Origin: Thermoanaerobaculia bacterium
GTDB taxonomy: Bacteria; Acidobacteriota; Thermoanaerobaculia; Multivoradales; UBA5704
Length of the DNA stretch: 49,325 bases
Assembly: GCA_036277075.1 (NCBI GenBank)
Contig: DASUNQ010000108.1
Coordinates: forward strand, 1 to 49,325
Reading direction: 5' to 3'
Of the stretch, positions 18,187 through 27,077 are shown piece after piece. The notes under the pieces were generated by a model. That model ran no database searches. It was not told the origin of the DNA and was given only the letters and a program-made list of their open reading frames with translations. Made by a program: the position numbers and the translations under genes. Position 1 is the first letter of the stretch; each line of letters opens with the position of its first letter.

Positions 18187-20001
18187 ATGCAGCGAAGCCG
18201 ATCGCAAGTCATCTTCCGCCACCTACCCGGGGCGGTCTTTCACCACGACGAAGGACCCATCGTTCGAACGACGTTCGTTGACGGAACGCGGCTCGGTCCC
18301 GTTATCAACAAGGCTGTTCTTCTCGAGGAGGTCGATCGTCACTTGGAGCAATGGCCTGACGAACACCTGGCTGGGATCGTCCGACCATCTCGTGTTTCGG
18401 AGCGAGACTTCGTCGTCATAGAGCCAGAAGCTGTCTACTTCGAGGTCTGGCCGCTCCTTCTGCATTGTGAGGGGCGGTGCGGGCGGGCACGCCGCTACTT
18501 CCGACCTAGCCAACTCAGTGCCGATGTCGACGCTAACGGCCGTATTTCCTGCCACCATTGTGGGGGTCGTATGCGTCAACTCCGGTACTACGCGTGCCAT
18601 CAATGCGGGCGGTCGGAGCCCATGTTCACGCCGAAGTGCGACGCTTGCAATAGCTATGAGGACGTGGTCCTCGAGGACACTGGTTCATTCGAGACGTCGT
18701 ACTGGCGCTGCATACGGCACGGTTACCTCCGCGGCACTCGGTTCACGCCGTGCGACTGTGGAGAATTTCTGGCGGAGGGAAGCCATGGCCCCGCTTTTAT
18801 GCGGGCCTTTACGACACGTGACGCCCGGACGTACTATCCACACACAGTTACGTTTCTCAATCCGAAGTCGGCTGTTTACGACCGATTCCAAGTGCATCCG
18901 GCGCGCGCTCGTGTGGCACTGGCCTCCTATCTGGGCGAGGTGTCGAGTCTTCAGCGCGGCATGGAGCAAATCGATGGCGGGCGCGCCGGTAGTCGCTACA
19001 CGCCAGATGAATGGCAGCAGGCATGTAAGACTATTTACGCCGGGCTATCGCCAGAGGATCTGGAGATCATCCGTGATCGACGCGGCCCTGTGATAACAGG
19101 AGTCTTCGGCGCGCCCGATCCGGACCTTGCGCAGCGGCGCCTTGCCGAGACACGCGCGGTGCTAGAGCGCGCGGCTGTACACGATCAAGATCTTGTCGCC
19201 CGACGCACGCTGGAAGACGCCCGACAGGAGGCGGCGAGCCGGGGTGTCGTTTCGGAGGAGGGCCGGCTTTCCGAGACAGAGCGCTACGCCCGGCGCATGG
19301 GTATCGCCGCGGTCTCAGTGACTACGGCCTTTCCGGTCGCTCTTGCGGCCTACGGCTATACGAGAGTCCGTCGGGAGCCGGGCGAGTCTATCCTGCAGGG
19401 GTTTGATCGCCGACGTTACGGGAACCAGTATCCGATTTTCGCGGTGCCGACTGATACCGAAGCGCTGATCGTGACGCTTGCCGCCCGTGATGTGCTGGGC
19501 TGGCTTCGGGACGAGCACGATGGCGCGGGACCGGTACCAGTCGACGAGAAGGATGCCCGTCTCCAGGTCTTCTCGCTATTCGCAGCGGGTGCACAGGAGA
19601 TTGAGCCGGTAGGTACTCTAGTCCACTCCGTCTCGCACGCGCTGCTCCGATCGCTGGCCGACGGTAGAAGTGGCTTCGGCGAATCATCTCTCGCCGAGTG
19701 GCTCTCCCCCGCAACACTTACCTTCGGGATCTACGTCGCGACATTCCATTCGCACACGCTGGGTGCGCTCTGGACAGTGCTCCACCACTCCTGTCAGGAG
19801 TGGCTTGCTGGTGCTATCGATGGCGTGTGGACGTGCGACAACGACCCTCTCTGTCATCAGCGGCAGCCCCGAGCGTGTGAAAGATGCCTTTATCTCACCT
19901 TCGGTTGCCCGGACTTCAATGAAGACCTCTCGCGGACCGCGCCGATGAGCTTCTGGCGCGGTACAGCGAGGCGAGCGGATGCTTCGTCGGCGACGACCTG
20001 A
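18187..20001 (+). CDS. drmB: DUF1998 zinc-binding protein, DrmB-like
   Basis: ORF 18106..20001. ATG 18187 follows GGGAGAGGAAG and lies 17 nt after the helicase stop. Cys clusters CHHCGGRMRQLRYYACHQCG and the C-terminal CDNDPLCHQRQPRACERCLYLTFGCPDFNEDLSR match the DUF1998 signature. Confidence 0.8.
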   Translation: MQRSRSQVIFRHLPGAVFHHDEGPIVRTTFVDGTRLGPVINKAVLLEEVDRHLEQWPDEHLAGIVRPSRVSERDFVVIEPEAVYFEVWPLLLHCEGRCGRARRYFRPSQLSADVDANGRISCHHCGGRMRQLRYYACHQCGRSEPMFTPKCDACNSYEDVVLEDTGSFETSYWRCIRHGYLRGTRFTPCDCGEFLAEGSHGPAFMRAFTTRDARTYYPHTVTFLNPKSAVYDRFQVHPARARVALASYLGEVSSLQRGMEQIDGGRAGSRYTPDEWQQACKTIYAGLSPEDLEIIRDRRGPVITGVFGAPDPDLAQRRLAETRAVLERAAVHDQDLVARRTLEDARQEAASRGVVSEEGRLSETERYARRMGIAAVSVTTAFPVALAAYGYTRVRREPGESILQGFDRRRYGNQYPIFAVPTDTEALIVTLAARDVLGWLRDEHDGAGPVPVDEKDARLQVFSLFAAGAQEIEPVGTLVHSVSHALLRSLADGRSGFGESSLAEWLSPATLTFGIYVATFHSHTLGALWTVLHHSCQEWLAGAIDGVWTCDNDPLCHQRQPRACERCLYLTFGCPDFNEDLSRTAPMSFWRGTARRADASSATT

Positions 20002-20010
20002 CTCTTGGCC

Positions 20011-21969
20011 ATGCGAGACCGTCGCCGGATCTGCACTATGAGCCAGACTCCGGAACCTTTGACCGCCGGCGTGATTTTGGGTCTGGGCAGTCCGCTTCGG
20101 CACCTAGATATCTCGGCAGTTTCCGCGGCAGCAACGAATGAGGTTGGGCGACGGGAGCGACATCTGCCGACCGTGTCGGTCTTCCGTTGGTGGGCACGAC
20201 GCACATCCGCTGTCTCGGGTGCGGTACTCGATGCGGTCGCTCGCGACCTCGGCCCGCGCCTCCGGGTCGCCGATCCGTTCGCCGGCGGCGGGACCGTAGC
20301 GCTGCAAGCCCTTCTTCGCGGTCATTGGGTTCACGCGCAGGACATCGATCCGTGGGCGGCGGAAGGAATCGCGGCGGCGCTCAGTCTTCCGGCTCCGGAG
20401 GCGATCCATGCTGCGGGTGACCGCTTACGCTCGGCCGTCGCGGGGCTTCTCGATCGCGCCTATGGCACTTCCTTTGACGGCGGCGCTAGCGCATGGATTA
20501 CCCATACCCTCCGTGTAGCCGTGGGAACGTGCCCTCGATGCGACAACGAAGCTCGGCTCTTCCCATATGCGACCCTTTCCCGATTCCAACGGGTGGAAGC
20601 GGTGGGCAAGGACGAGCGCGCGTGGCTAGCGTGCCGGTACGGGCACGTTCACGGGGGTGTCCTGAATCAGCTTCGCAGCTGTCCCGAATGCAGTGACCGG
20701 GTTGATCCGGCCGCTGTCTACACTTCTGGCCGCCAGTTTGCGTGTCACGCTTGCGGTCAGACGGCGACACTCGCCTTATGGGCCCGAGACGGCTTTCGAT
20801 GGGAAGTGGTCTTGGTCGAGAGGGCGGATGGGGTCCGGCGCGAGATCTCAATTCCGCGAAGCGACGAGATCCAACGCGCCGAGTCCGACTGGATGCCCTG
20901 TCGCGAACTTCCACAAATTGAAGCGGGAAGAGAAAGCACCGTTCTGCTCCGACATGGCTTCCGGCACTGGCACGACCTCTATCCACGGCGCCAGCGGGTC
21001 ATCCTTGAGGCGGTCTTCGCTGCGATCCCAGAGGCTGCTGCGGGAGATCCGACCTTAGTGCGCCTACTCCATATAGTCGTTGCTGGTGCCGCGGAGATGG
21101 CCGGTCACATGTCCCGATGGGATCGGCGATACCTCAAAGCATATGAAGCGATGGCTGGGCACAGGTTTAATCTGACTACGCTCGCGGCCGAGCCGAACGT
21201 CTGGGGCGTTGGACGGCGTGGGCGAGGGAGCATCTCACTCCGTATCGCAGCGGCGAAGCGAGCTGCTGAATGGCTCACTGCCTCTCGGTCGCCGATCGCC
21301 CTAGCGGGCCCCTTCAGCACGAGCGCCGATCGAGCCGCTGCCGACGCGGTCGATGCAGTAGTTGTCCATGGTTCCTCCGAGCGTATGCCGCTTCTCGATG
21401 GCTCGGTCGACCTTATCTGGACAGATCCGCCCTACCACGACGACGTGCAGTATCACGATCTCTCAGCACTATTCCGTGTGTGGCTTGGCCTCTGCAGCGT
21501 GGATAGCGAGGCCTCGGCCGTGGCGTCCGGTCCAACGGATAAGCGGTACGTCCAGGTGCTACGGCGCGTCTTCGCTGAGTGCCGACGGGTGCTCGCACCC
21601 CACGGTCGCCTCCTGCTCACCTACGCCAACAGGGACTCAACCGCCTGGATCGCGCTTTACGAAGCACTTCGTGATGCCGGGTTCCGTGCTCAGGGCTATG
21701 AGATCGTTCGTTCAGATGCGGAAACCGACTTCACAAAACGCCGCGGTCGGACCTGCAGCATGGATCTTGTTCTCGATCTGGTGCCCGCAGGCAACAACTC
21801 CGCTCAGCTCATCCACCGGCCCGCGTGCTCGCCAGCGTCTGGGGAAGGCGCTTTTCTAGCTGTTAGGGGTGAAGTGGCTCTTACGGCCATCTCCGACGTA
21901 CCGCCCGTGGGCTGGCGCGAGCGGCTACGAAGTGAGCAGACCGACCACTGGTCTCAGAAACCGCGATGA
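20011..21969 (+). CDS. N6-adenine DNA methyltransferase with Zn-ribbon inserts (COG1743/DUF1156-like)
   Basis: FRWWARRTS (DUF1156-like WWARR), AdoMet motif VADPFAGGGT, Zn ribbons CPRCDN...CPECSD...CHACG, catalytic LIWTDPPYHDD. Start ambiguous (TTG 20005, ATG 20011, ATG 20038). Confidence 0.8.
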   Translation: MRDRRRICTMSQTPEPLTAGVILGLGSPLRHLDISAVSAAATNEVGRRERHLPTVSVFRWWARRTSAVSGAVLDAVARDLGPRLRVADPFAGGGTVALQALLRGHWVHAQDIDPWAAEGIAAALSLPAPEAIHAAGDRLRSAVAGLLDRAYGTSFDGGASAWITHTLRVAVGTCPRCDNEARLFPYATLSRFQRVEAVGKDERAWLACRYGHVHGGVLNQLRSCPECSDRVDPAAVYTSGRQFACHACGQTATLALWARDGFRWEVVLVERADGVRREISIPRSDEIQRAESDWMPCRELPQIEAGRESTVLLRHGFRHWHDLYPRRQRVILEAVFAAIPEAAAGDPTLVRLLHIVVAGAAEMAGHMSRWDRRYLKAYEAMAGHRFNLTTLAAEPNVWGVGRRGRGSISLRIAAAKRAAEWLTASRSPIALAGPFSTSADRAAADAVDAVVVHGSSERMPLLDGSVDLIWTDPPYHDDVQYHDLSALFRVWLGLCSVDSEASAVASGPTDKRYVQVLRRVFAECRRVLAPHGRLLLTYANRDSTAWIALYEALRDAGFRAQGYEIVRSDAETDFTKRRGRTCSMDLVLDLVPAGNNSAQLIHRPACSPASGEGAFLAVRGEVALTAISDVPPVGWRERLRSEQTDHWSQKPR

Positions 21970-22023
21970 CGTAATGCCGCCGTGCTTCGAGAAGAGCGGA
22001 GAGGCTGCGTAGTTTGCAAAGCA

Positions 22024-22051
22024 CAACACCCCACCTAAAGGCGGGGTGTTG
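22024..22051. terminator. Bidirectional hairpin between the convergent methylase and recombinase genes
   Basis: AACACCCCACC-TAAA-GGCGGGGTGTT forms an 11-bp stem with one mismatch. Confidence 0.55.
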
Positions 22052-22060
22052 GTGAGAGTT

Positions 22061-23650
22061 CTACGACTGGTCACTGGTATCCTGGCGTAGAGCGAATGCA
22101 GAATTCTGCTTGATCCAGCTTTCGATCTCTTCAATGATGTGTCTCAACGCAGATTCTCTTTGCGAACTTGCCGACTGCGGCAGGTTTGTACCGCTTCGAC
22201 CTTCGGCCCGTTGAAGGTCACTAGGAGTATTTTTCGCATAGTCAGTGAGCGATACAAAGGGACGAAACAGCTCAACAGAGAGGTTTTTGCCGGTCACGAT
22301 ACGGTTCGACGTCGCAAGCTGGGCAAGTGCGCGTTTGTGGTCGGCTGTCGCCGTCTCGTAGCTTAACCAGGCCGCGTTTGCCAGTTCGACCACTTCTCGC
22401 ACCTCTTCCAGCTTCTTTTCGGCCTCGCTGCTTGGAAGTGCGAGCTTCTCTTCAAGGTCTCGCCGTTCAAGGTATAGGCTCGCCTTGCTCTTTTCGAGGA
22501 GTTCCTTCTCCAGCATGCCGTCGAGGTACGCGTCGACGAGGCGGTCAAGCAGGGATTGGATCTGTCCGAGCCGCAGGCGCCGCGCCTCTTGCTGCTCTTC
22601 CCATTCGCTGAGGAACCCCGCGCGCCGCTCTTCCATTCGCTGGAACAGGTACGCTAGTTGGTCGCTTGAGAGCATGAGGCGCCGAAGCTCTCGCTGGATA
22701 GTCTCATCCACGGCTTCTTCGCGCACGCACTTCGTCGGACATCCCTGAGTGTGGCAGCGGTAGTAGACGTGTCCCTTCTGGAGCTCGCCGCGGAGTAGCC
22801 TGCCGCAGTGGCCGCAGGAGAGCAAGCGCCGGAAGACGAATTCGTGTCGGATCACTTTCCGGTGCGTTCGCCCCTGGAGGCGATCCTGCACACGTCGAAA
22901 CAGAGCGACCGGAATGAGCGGCCGGTGTATGCCCGGGAACGTCTCGCCCGTCTTGCGCAAGCTGATGAGGCCGCAGTAGAAGGAATTGTTGAGGATAGTC
23001 GAGAGACCGTTGCGCGTCACCTTGTGTCGGTTGCGGTTCCGCAAGCCTCGCCGGTACATCTCGTCGGCGAGCGCCAGGAGGCTGAATTGGCCGGAGTCGT
23101 ACAGCTCGAATGTCTTTCGCACGTGCGGGGCGGTGTTTGCATCAGGCACCTTCGGCTTGCCCTTCCCGCAGTCGAGGTAGCCGAGCGGCGCCTGGAGCGG
23201 GTAGAGCCCCTGCTTCAGGCGTCCGTAGAAACCCTTGAGCGTTTCCTCCCGCAGGTTGCGGATGAAGTCCGCGGCGACAATGGCCTGAATGTCGGCAGCG
23301 AGCCGGCCGCCACGAGTATGGAGGTCAAGCGACTCGTTCACGAAGTGGACCGCAATCCCAGCGTCGATGAGCTCGCCGAGGTCTGCCCAGTCGCGGAGAT
23401 TCCTGGCGCTCCGGTCGATCTTGTGGATGACGAGCCCCTGTGCTTTACCCTGGCGCAACAGCCGGAGCATCTTGGTGAACTTTGGTCGGCCTCGCTTTGC
23501 GGCCGTCTTTGTCTCCTCGAACCACTCGATGATGGAGAGCCCATGGGTCCCGGCGTAGCGCGCGATGGCATCGTGCTGCTCCTCAGGCGACACGCCCTCT
23601 TCCTTCTGCTTGGGCGTTGAGACACGTATGTATGCGAAGCAACGCGTCAT
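22061..23650 (-). CDS. Large serine recombinase (second copy, divergent from the terminal one)
   Basis: N-terminal resolvase motif AYIRVSTPKQ, IHKIDRSARN, recombinase domain, zinc ribbon CGHCGRLLRGELQKGHVYYRCHTQGC, then a coiled-coil segment. Confidence 0.9.
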   Translation of the reverse strand: MTRCFAYIRVSTPKQKEEGVSPEEQHDAIARYAGTHGLSIIEWFEETKTAAKRGRPKFTKMLRLLRQGKAQGLVIHKIDRSARNLRDWADLGELIDAGIAVHFVNESLDLHTRGGRLAADIQAIVAADFIRNLREETLKGFYGRLKQGLYPLQAPLGYLDCGKGKPKVPDANTAPHVRKTFELYDSGQFSLLALADEMYRRGLRNRNRHKVTRNGLSTILNNSFYCGLISLRKTGETFPGIHRPLIPVALFRRVQDRLQGRTHRKVIRHEFVFRRLLSCGHCGRLLRGELQKGHVYYRCHTQGCPTKCVREEAVDETIQRELRRLMLSSDQLAYLFQRMEERRAGFLSEWEEQQEARRLRLGQIQSLLDRLVDAYLDGMLEKELLEKSKASLYLERRDLEEKLALPSSEAEKKLEEVREVVELANAAWLSYETATADHKRALAQLATSNRIVTGKNLSVELFRPFVSLTDYAKNTPSDLQRAEGRSGTNLPQSASSQRESALRHIIEEIESWIKQNSAFALRQDTSDQS

Positions 23651-23883
23651 ACGTGTGTGTCTCGATATTCACTTGTAAAGGATCGACCGTTATCTATGGT
23701 ACGAGCGGGCCTCTGCGCTGTCAAAGCACGGAAGCGCTCGTAGAGCTCTGGTTCAGACTTGAGGTGGTGGTAGATGTCTTCCACGAGATCGAGGTAATGA
23801 TCGAGAGTCTCTTCGATTTCTTTCTGTTCCTCTAGAGTTTGATTCGGGAAAAGATCATGAATTGTAATACGAAGCTTGTTCAT
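23647..23883 (-). CDS. Small acidic hypothetical protein overlapping the recombinase start (possible accessory/directionality factor)
   Basis: 78-aa ORF whose stop overlaps the LSR start codon by 4 nt. No recognisable motif. Confidence 0.4.
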   Translation of the reverse strand: MNKLRITIHDLFPNQTLEEQKEIEETLDHYLDLVEDIYHHLKSEPELYERFRALTAQRPARTIDNGRSFTSEYRDTHV

Positions 23884-23998
23884 CCAGAGGACGATACGCG
23901 TTCTCCTAGCGCACTCAAGGCTTCGTTTTCTGCCGGATGCCGGGCTCGGCAGGTTACGGCGACTTCCGCTGGATCATGGCGTCGGTACGCTGTGCTTC

Positions 23999-24613
23999 AT
24001 GACGCTACAGTTTCAACAAGCAGTGAACTTCCATCGCAATCTTCCTGAAGACCTTTGGTTTGCGCTGGAGGGTTGCGGGATACCGTCCGCGCTTATCCAT
24101 GCCCGCCTCATCGGGTGGGACGGAGAGCAAATCACCATCCCTGTTTTCTCGCGCGATCGAAAGGTCGTCGCCTTCGAGTACGCGAGCTTTGATGAGCAGG
24201 GCCGGCTCGCCTTGCTGCCTCAGGAGGGAGAGCGCTCTTACCTCTACGGCGAGCCCGTCATGAACCTCAGCCCGAGCGAGGTAGTGCTGACCGAGGGCGT
24301 AGTCGAGTCCTTGGTTCTCTCAAGCCAAGGCTTCAACGCCCTCTCCGCAACGGGAGACGGCTTGAGCTTCCGGGAAGAGTGGGCGTCGGCGCTCCGCAAA
24401 GCCCGGGGGTGCTTCATCTGCTTCAAGCGCCACGCCGAGAGTATCGGCTCGGCGCTCATTGTCCGCGACCTCGTTCCGGGCGCGCGGATTGTGACGCTGC
24501 CGCCAGAGGTCGGTCATGGCGGCGGGCTCTACGAGTTCTTCGTCGAGCTGGGGCAGTCACCAGCGGACTTCCGGGCGCTCCTCAGGCGCGCGGCCGATTC
24601 CCCCGATGCCTGA
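23999..24613 (+). CDS. Toprim-domain (primase-like) protein
   Basis: ORF 23876..24613, ATG 23999. VVLTEGVVESLVLSSQGFNALSATGDG resembles the Toprim E-G-x-x-D segment. Confidence 0.6.
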   Translation: MTLQFQQAVNFHRNLPEDLWFALEGCGIPSALIHARLIGWDGEQITIPVFSRDRKVVAFEYASFDEQGRLALLPQEGERSYLYGEPVMNLSPSEVVLTEGVVESLVLSSQGFNALSATGDGLSFREEWASALRKARGCFICFKRHAESIGSALIVRDLVPGARIVTLPPEVGHGGGLYEFFVELGQSPADFRALLRRAADSPDA

Positions 24614-25967
24614 CGACGCTCCAAAGAAGAGCCGGATACGGCCGGTGGTCTCCGCGGCGTTGCCCTCGGGCGAGCTCCTCGAGATGGTGTATGACCCGAC
24701 CGCTCTGGAGACGGGGTTCATCCTCGACGACGGCGCCGCCTGGCGAGCGGAGAAGCGAGTCGAGCTTTCAGGCGTCACTCTCGTGCCGTACTCGCCGGCG
24801 AATAACCTGCTCACCCATCGGGTGGTGCTCTTCCCATCTGCACCGGGGGAGTACGGTTCCGAGGAAGATCTCTTCCGCGATGTGCGCCGATTCATCCACC
24901 GCTACGTCGACCTCTCCGATTCTTTCGAGGAGGTCGCCGCCGCATACGTCCTCTTCTCCTGGGTCTACGACGCCTTCAACGAGGTGCCGTACCTGCGCGT
25001 GCGCGGCGACTACGGCTCCGGCAAGTCCCGCTTCCTCTTGACCGTCGGCTCCCTCTGCTACAAGCCGATCTTCGCTTCGGGCGCCTCGACCGTCTCGCCA
25101 ATCTTTCGCATCCTTGATGCCGTGCAAGGCACCCTGGTCATCGACGAAGGCGACTTCCGCGCCTCAGACGAAAAGGCCGAGATCGTGAAGATCCTCAACA
25201 ACGGCAATGCCCGCGGCTTTCCAGTGCTTCGCAGCGAGCAGACGCCGACCAAGGAGTTCAACCCGCGAGCGTTCCACGTCTTCGGCCCCAAGCTCGTGGC
25301 GACCAGGAATCTCTTCGATGATCGTGCGCTTGAGAGCCGCTGTCTTTCCGAAGACATGGGGACACGGCCGCTCCGGGCCGGCATCCCCATCAACCTGCCG
25401 GAGAGTTTCGAGGAGGAGGCGCGGGAGCTGCGCAACAAACTCCTCCTGTACAGGCTGCGCACCCGCAGCAGCCGGCGCCCGCTCGCCGAAGCATCGGTGC
25501 CGGCCGGTCTCGAGCCACGCCTCTCCCAGATCCTCTTGCCGCTTCTCGCGACCGTGCCGAGCGAGGAAACACGAGCGCGCCTCCTCTCGCTTGCCCGGCG
25601 CTCAGGCCAAGTGCTCTCGGCTGAGCGCGCCATGGCGATCGAGGCTGAGGTGCTCGCGGTTCTCTACGAACTGCGGCAGGAGAACATGCCGCTCTCGGTC
25701 GCCGAGATCACCAAGCGCTTCGCCGATCGGCACGGCGCCGAGTACCAGCATGTGGTGACTCCTCGCTGGATCGGCTCTGTCCTGCGCCGGAAGCTCATGC
25801 TCAACCCGCAGAAGCGCGGAGGCACCTTCGTCATCCCGGCCTCCGAGTACCCCAAGCTCGTTCGCCTCTTCGAGAAGTACAGCGTTCCGGGCGAGCGCCA
25901 GGACATTGGGGACGTTGGGGAGATCCCACGAGTGGAGGAGGACGGGACACCAAGCGTTGCAGCGTAA
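24606..25967 (+). CDS. P-loop NTPase, DUF3631-like (primase-associated replication protein)
   Basis: ATG 24606 overlaps the upstream stop (ATGCCTGA). Walker A GDYGSGKS, Walker B TLVIDEGD, followed by ILNNGNARG as in DUF3631-type proteins. Confidence 0.65.
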   Translation: MPDDAPKKSRIRPVVSAALPSGELLEMVYDPTALETGFILDDGAAWRAEKRVELSGVTLVPYSPANNLLTHRVVLFPSAPGEYGSEEDLFRDVRRFIHRYVDLSDSFEEVAAAYVLFSWVYDAFNEVPYLRVRGDYGSGKSRFLLTVGSLCYKPIFASGASTVSPIFRILDAVQGTLVIDEGDFRASDEKAEIVKILNNGNARGFPVLRSEQTPTKEFNPRAFHVFGPKLVATRNLFDDRALESRCLSEDMGTRPLRAGIPINLPESFEEEARELRNKLLLYRLRTRSSRRPLAEASVPAGLEPRLSQILLPLLATVPSEETRARLLSLARRSGQVLSAERAMAIEAEVLAVLYELRQENMPLSVAEITKRFADRHGAEYQHVVTPRWIGSVLRRKLMLNPQKRGGTFVIPASEYPKLVRLFEKYSVPGERQDIGDVGEIPRVEEDGTPSVAA

Positions 25968-26045
25968 GGCTTGCCGGCCCGCTACCCCCCGTAGAACGTC
26001 CCCAACATCCCCAACGTCCCCGGTTTCCCTTGACAAGCCTCCAGA

Positions 26046-26069
26046 AAACCTGCCGAGTCCGGCAGGTTT
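26046..26069 (+). terminator. Hairpin downstream of the P-loop gene
   Basis: AAACCTGCCG-AGTC-CGGCAGGTTT is a perfect 10-bp stem. The U-tract is weak (TTTC). Confidence 0.45.
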
Positions 26070-26082
26070 CTACGCCTTGCAT

Positions 26083-26097
26083 TTGACTTAATGTCAA
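26083..26097. promoter_or_regulatory. Palindromic operator-like site upstream of the XRE gene
   Basis: TTGAC-TTAAT-GTCAA lies 8-20 nt upstream of the candidate starts of the HTH gene. Confidence 0.35.
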
Positions 26098-26104
26098 GTA
26101 AGTT

Positions 26105-26488
26105 GTGACGGTGGTTATGACATTCATACCATTACAAAACTATCTCCGTACGCATCGCAAGCGAAGCCAGCTCTCGCAGGACGAGGTTGCGTTCCTCATG
26201 GGTGTCAGGACTGGCACCCGAGTGACGCGGCACGAAGGAGCCAACCGGGTTCCGACCCTGCAGACGGCACTTGGCTACGAGCTTCTGTTTGACGTTCCCT
26301 TGCGGGAACTCTTCACAGAGGAGGTGGGCAAGGTCGAATCCATTATCAGAGAGCGTTTACCCGAGCTGATTCGGAAAGTGGAGGAGGAGGGTGGAGACGA
26401 GCAGAAGCTCGCCTTCCTCCGAGATGTTGCGAAGCGGCTTGAGAACTATGAAGAGAAGCATTCACGCAGTGCGGACGCTCGCGGTTGA
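26105..26488 (+). CDS. XRE-family HTH regulator
   Basis: LRTHRKRSQLSQDEVAFLMGVRTGTRVTRHEGANRVPTL is an HTH_3-type motif. Start GTG 26105 or ATG 26117. Confidence 0.75.
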   Translation: MTVVMTFIPLQNYLRTHRKRSQLSQDEVAFLMGVRTGTRVTRHEGANRVPTLQTALGYELLFDVPLRELFTEEVGKVESIIRERLPELIRKVEEEGGDEQKLAFLRDVAKRLENYEEKHSRSADARG

Positions 26489-26945
26489 CCCGACGACATC
26501 AGGCTTCGGCTTCGTGGCGGTGGAAGGGAGCAAACTCCTGGTGGACTGGGGCCTGGCTCACATGGCAGTGCCGGATGACGAAGCGTACCGAGCCCGGATC
26601 GAGAAACTTCTCGATCGAGTACGCCCCCAGCTCCTCGTCGTCGAGGACATGAAGGGATCTCGCCGCAGCAAGCGGGCGGTCCGACGCGCGCAGATCGCGG
26701 CGCGGGCTGCCCGAGGACGCGGTATTGAGGTCGAGAGAGTCACCCGCGCGCAGGTGTCAGAGAAGTTCGCCTCGTCAGGGACGACCAGGTGGGAGGTTGC
26801 AGTCGCCGTCTCCCGCTGGTTTCCTGAGCTCTCCCCGAGCCTTCCGAAGAAGCGCCGCATCTGGGAAACCGAGGACCGGCGGATGGCGATCTTTGTCGCG
26901 GCATCCCTTGCGCTCACGGCGTTGCCTGAGAGAGGAATGGAGTAG
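26448..26945 (+). CDS. RuvC-like (RNase H-fold) nuclease
   Basis: ORF 26391..26945, ATG 26448. VRTLAVDPTTSGFGFVAVEG resembles the first RuvC acidic motif, and LLVVEDM the second. Confidence 0.5.
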   Translation: MKRSIHAVRTLAVDPTTSGFGFVAVEGSKLLVDWGLAHMAVPDDEAYRARIEKLLDRVRPQLLVVEDMKGSRRSKRAVRRAQIAARAARGRGIEVERVTRAQVSEKFASSGTTRWEVAVAVSRWFPELSPSLPKKRRIWETEDRRMAIFVAASLALTALPERGME

Positions 26946-27077
26946 CGGAAAGTAGCCTGCGATCCCTAGTGCCTTGGAGAGGGCACGTAAAGCTTCCCCG
27001 GCACAACCGAGGGAGCTTTGGCGCGCGTCAGGAAACGCCGCCTTTGCGGCAATCAGGAGTACGCGCACGATGGGCGA

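Noticed and set aside
21970-22060. att junction for the second recombinase, paired with 28278-28452
   Set aside because: The only complementary match I found between the two regions is a 7-mer (GCGGAGA / TCTCCGC), which is expected by chance. The TTTGCAAA palindrome at 22012-22019 is too short to interpret.
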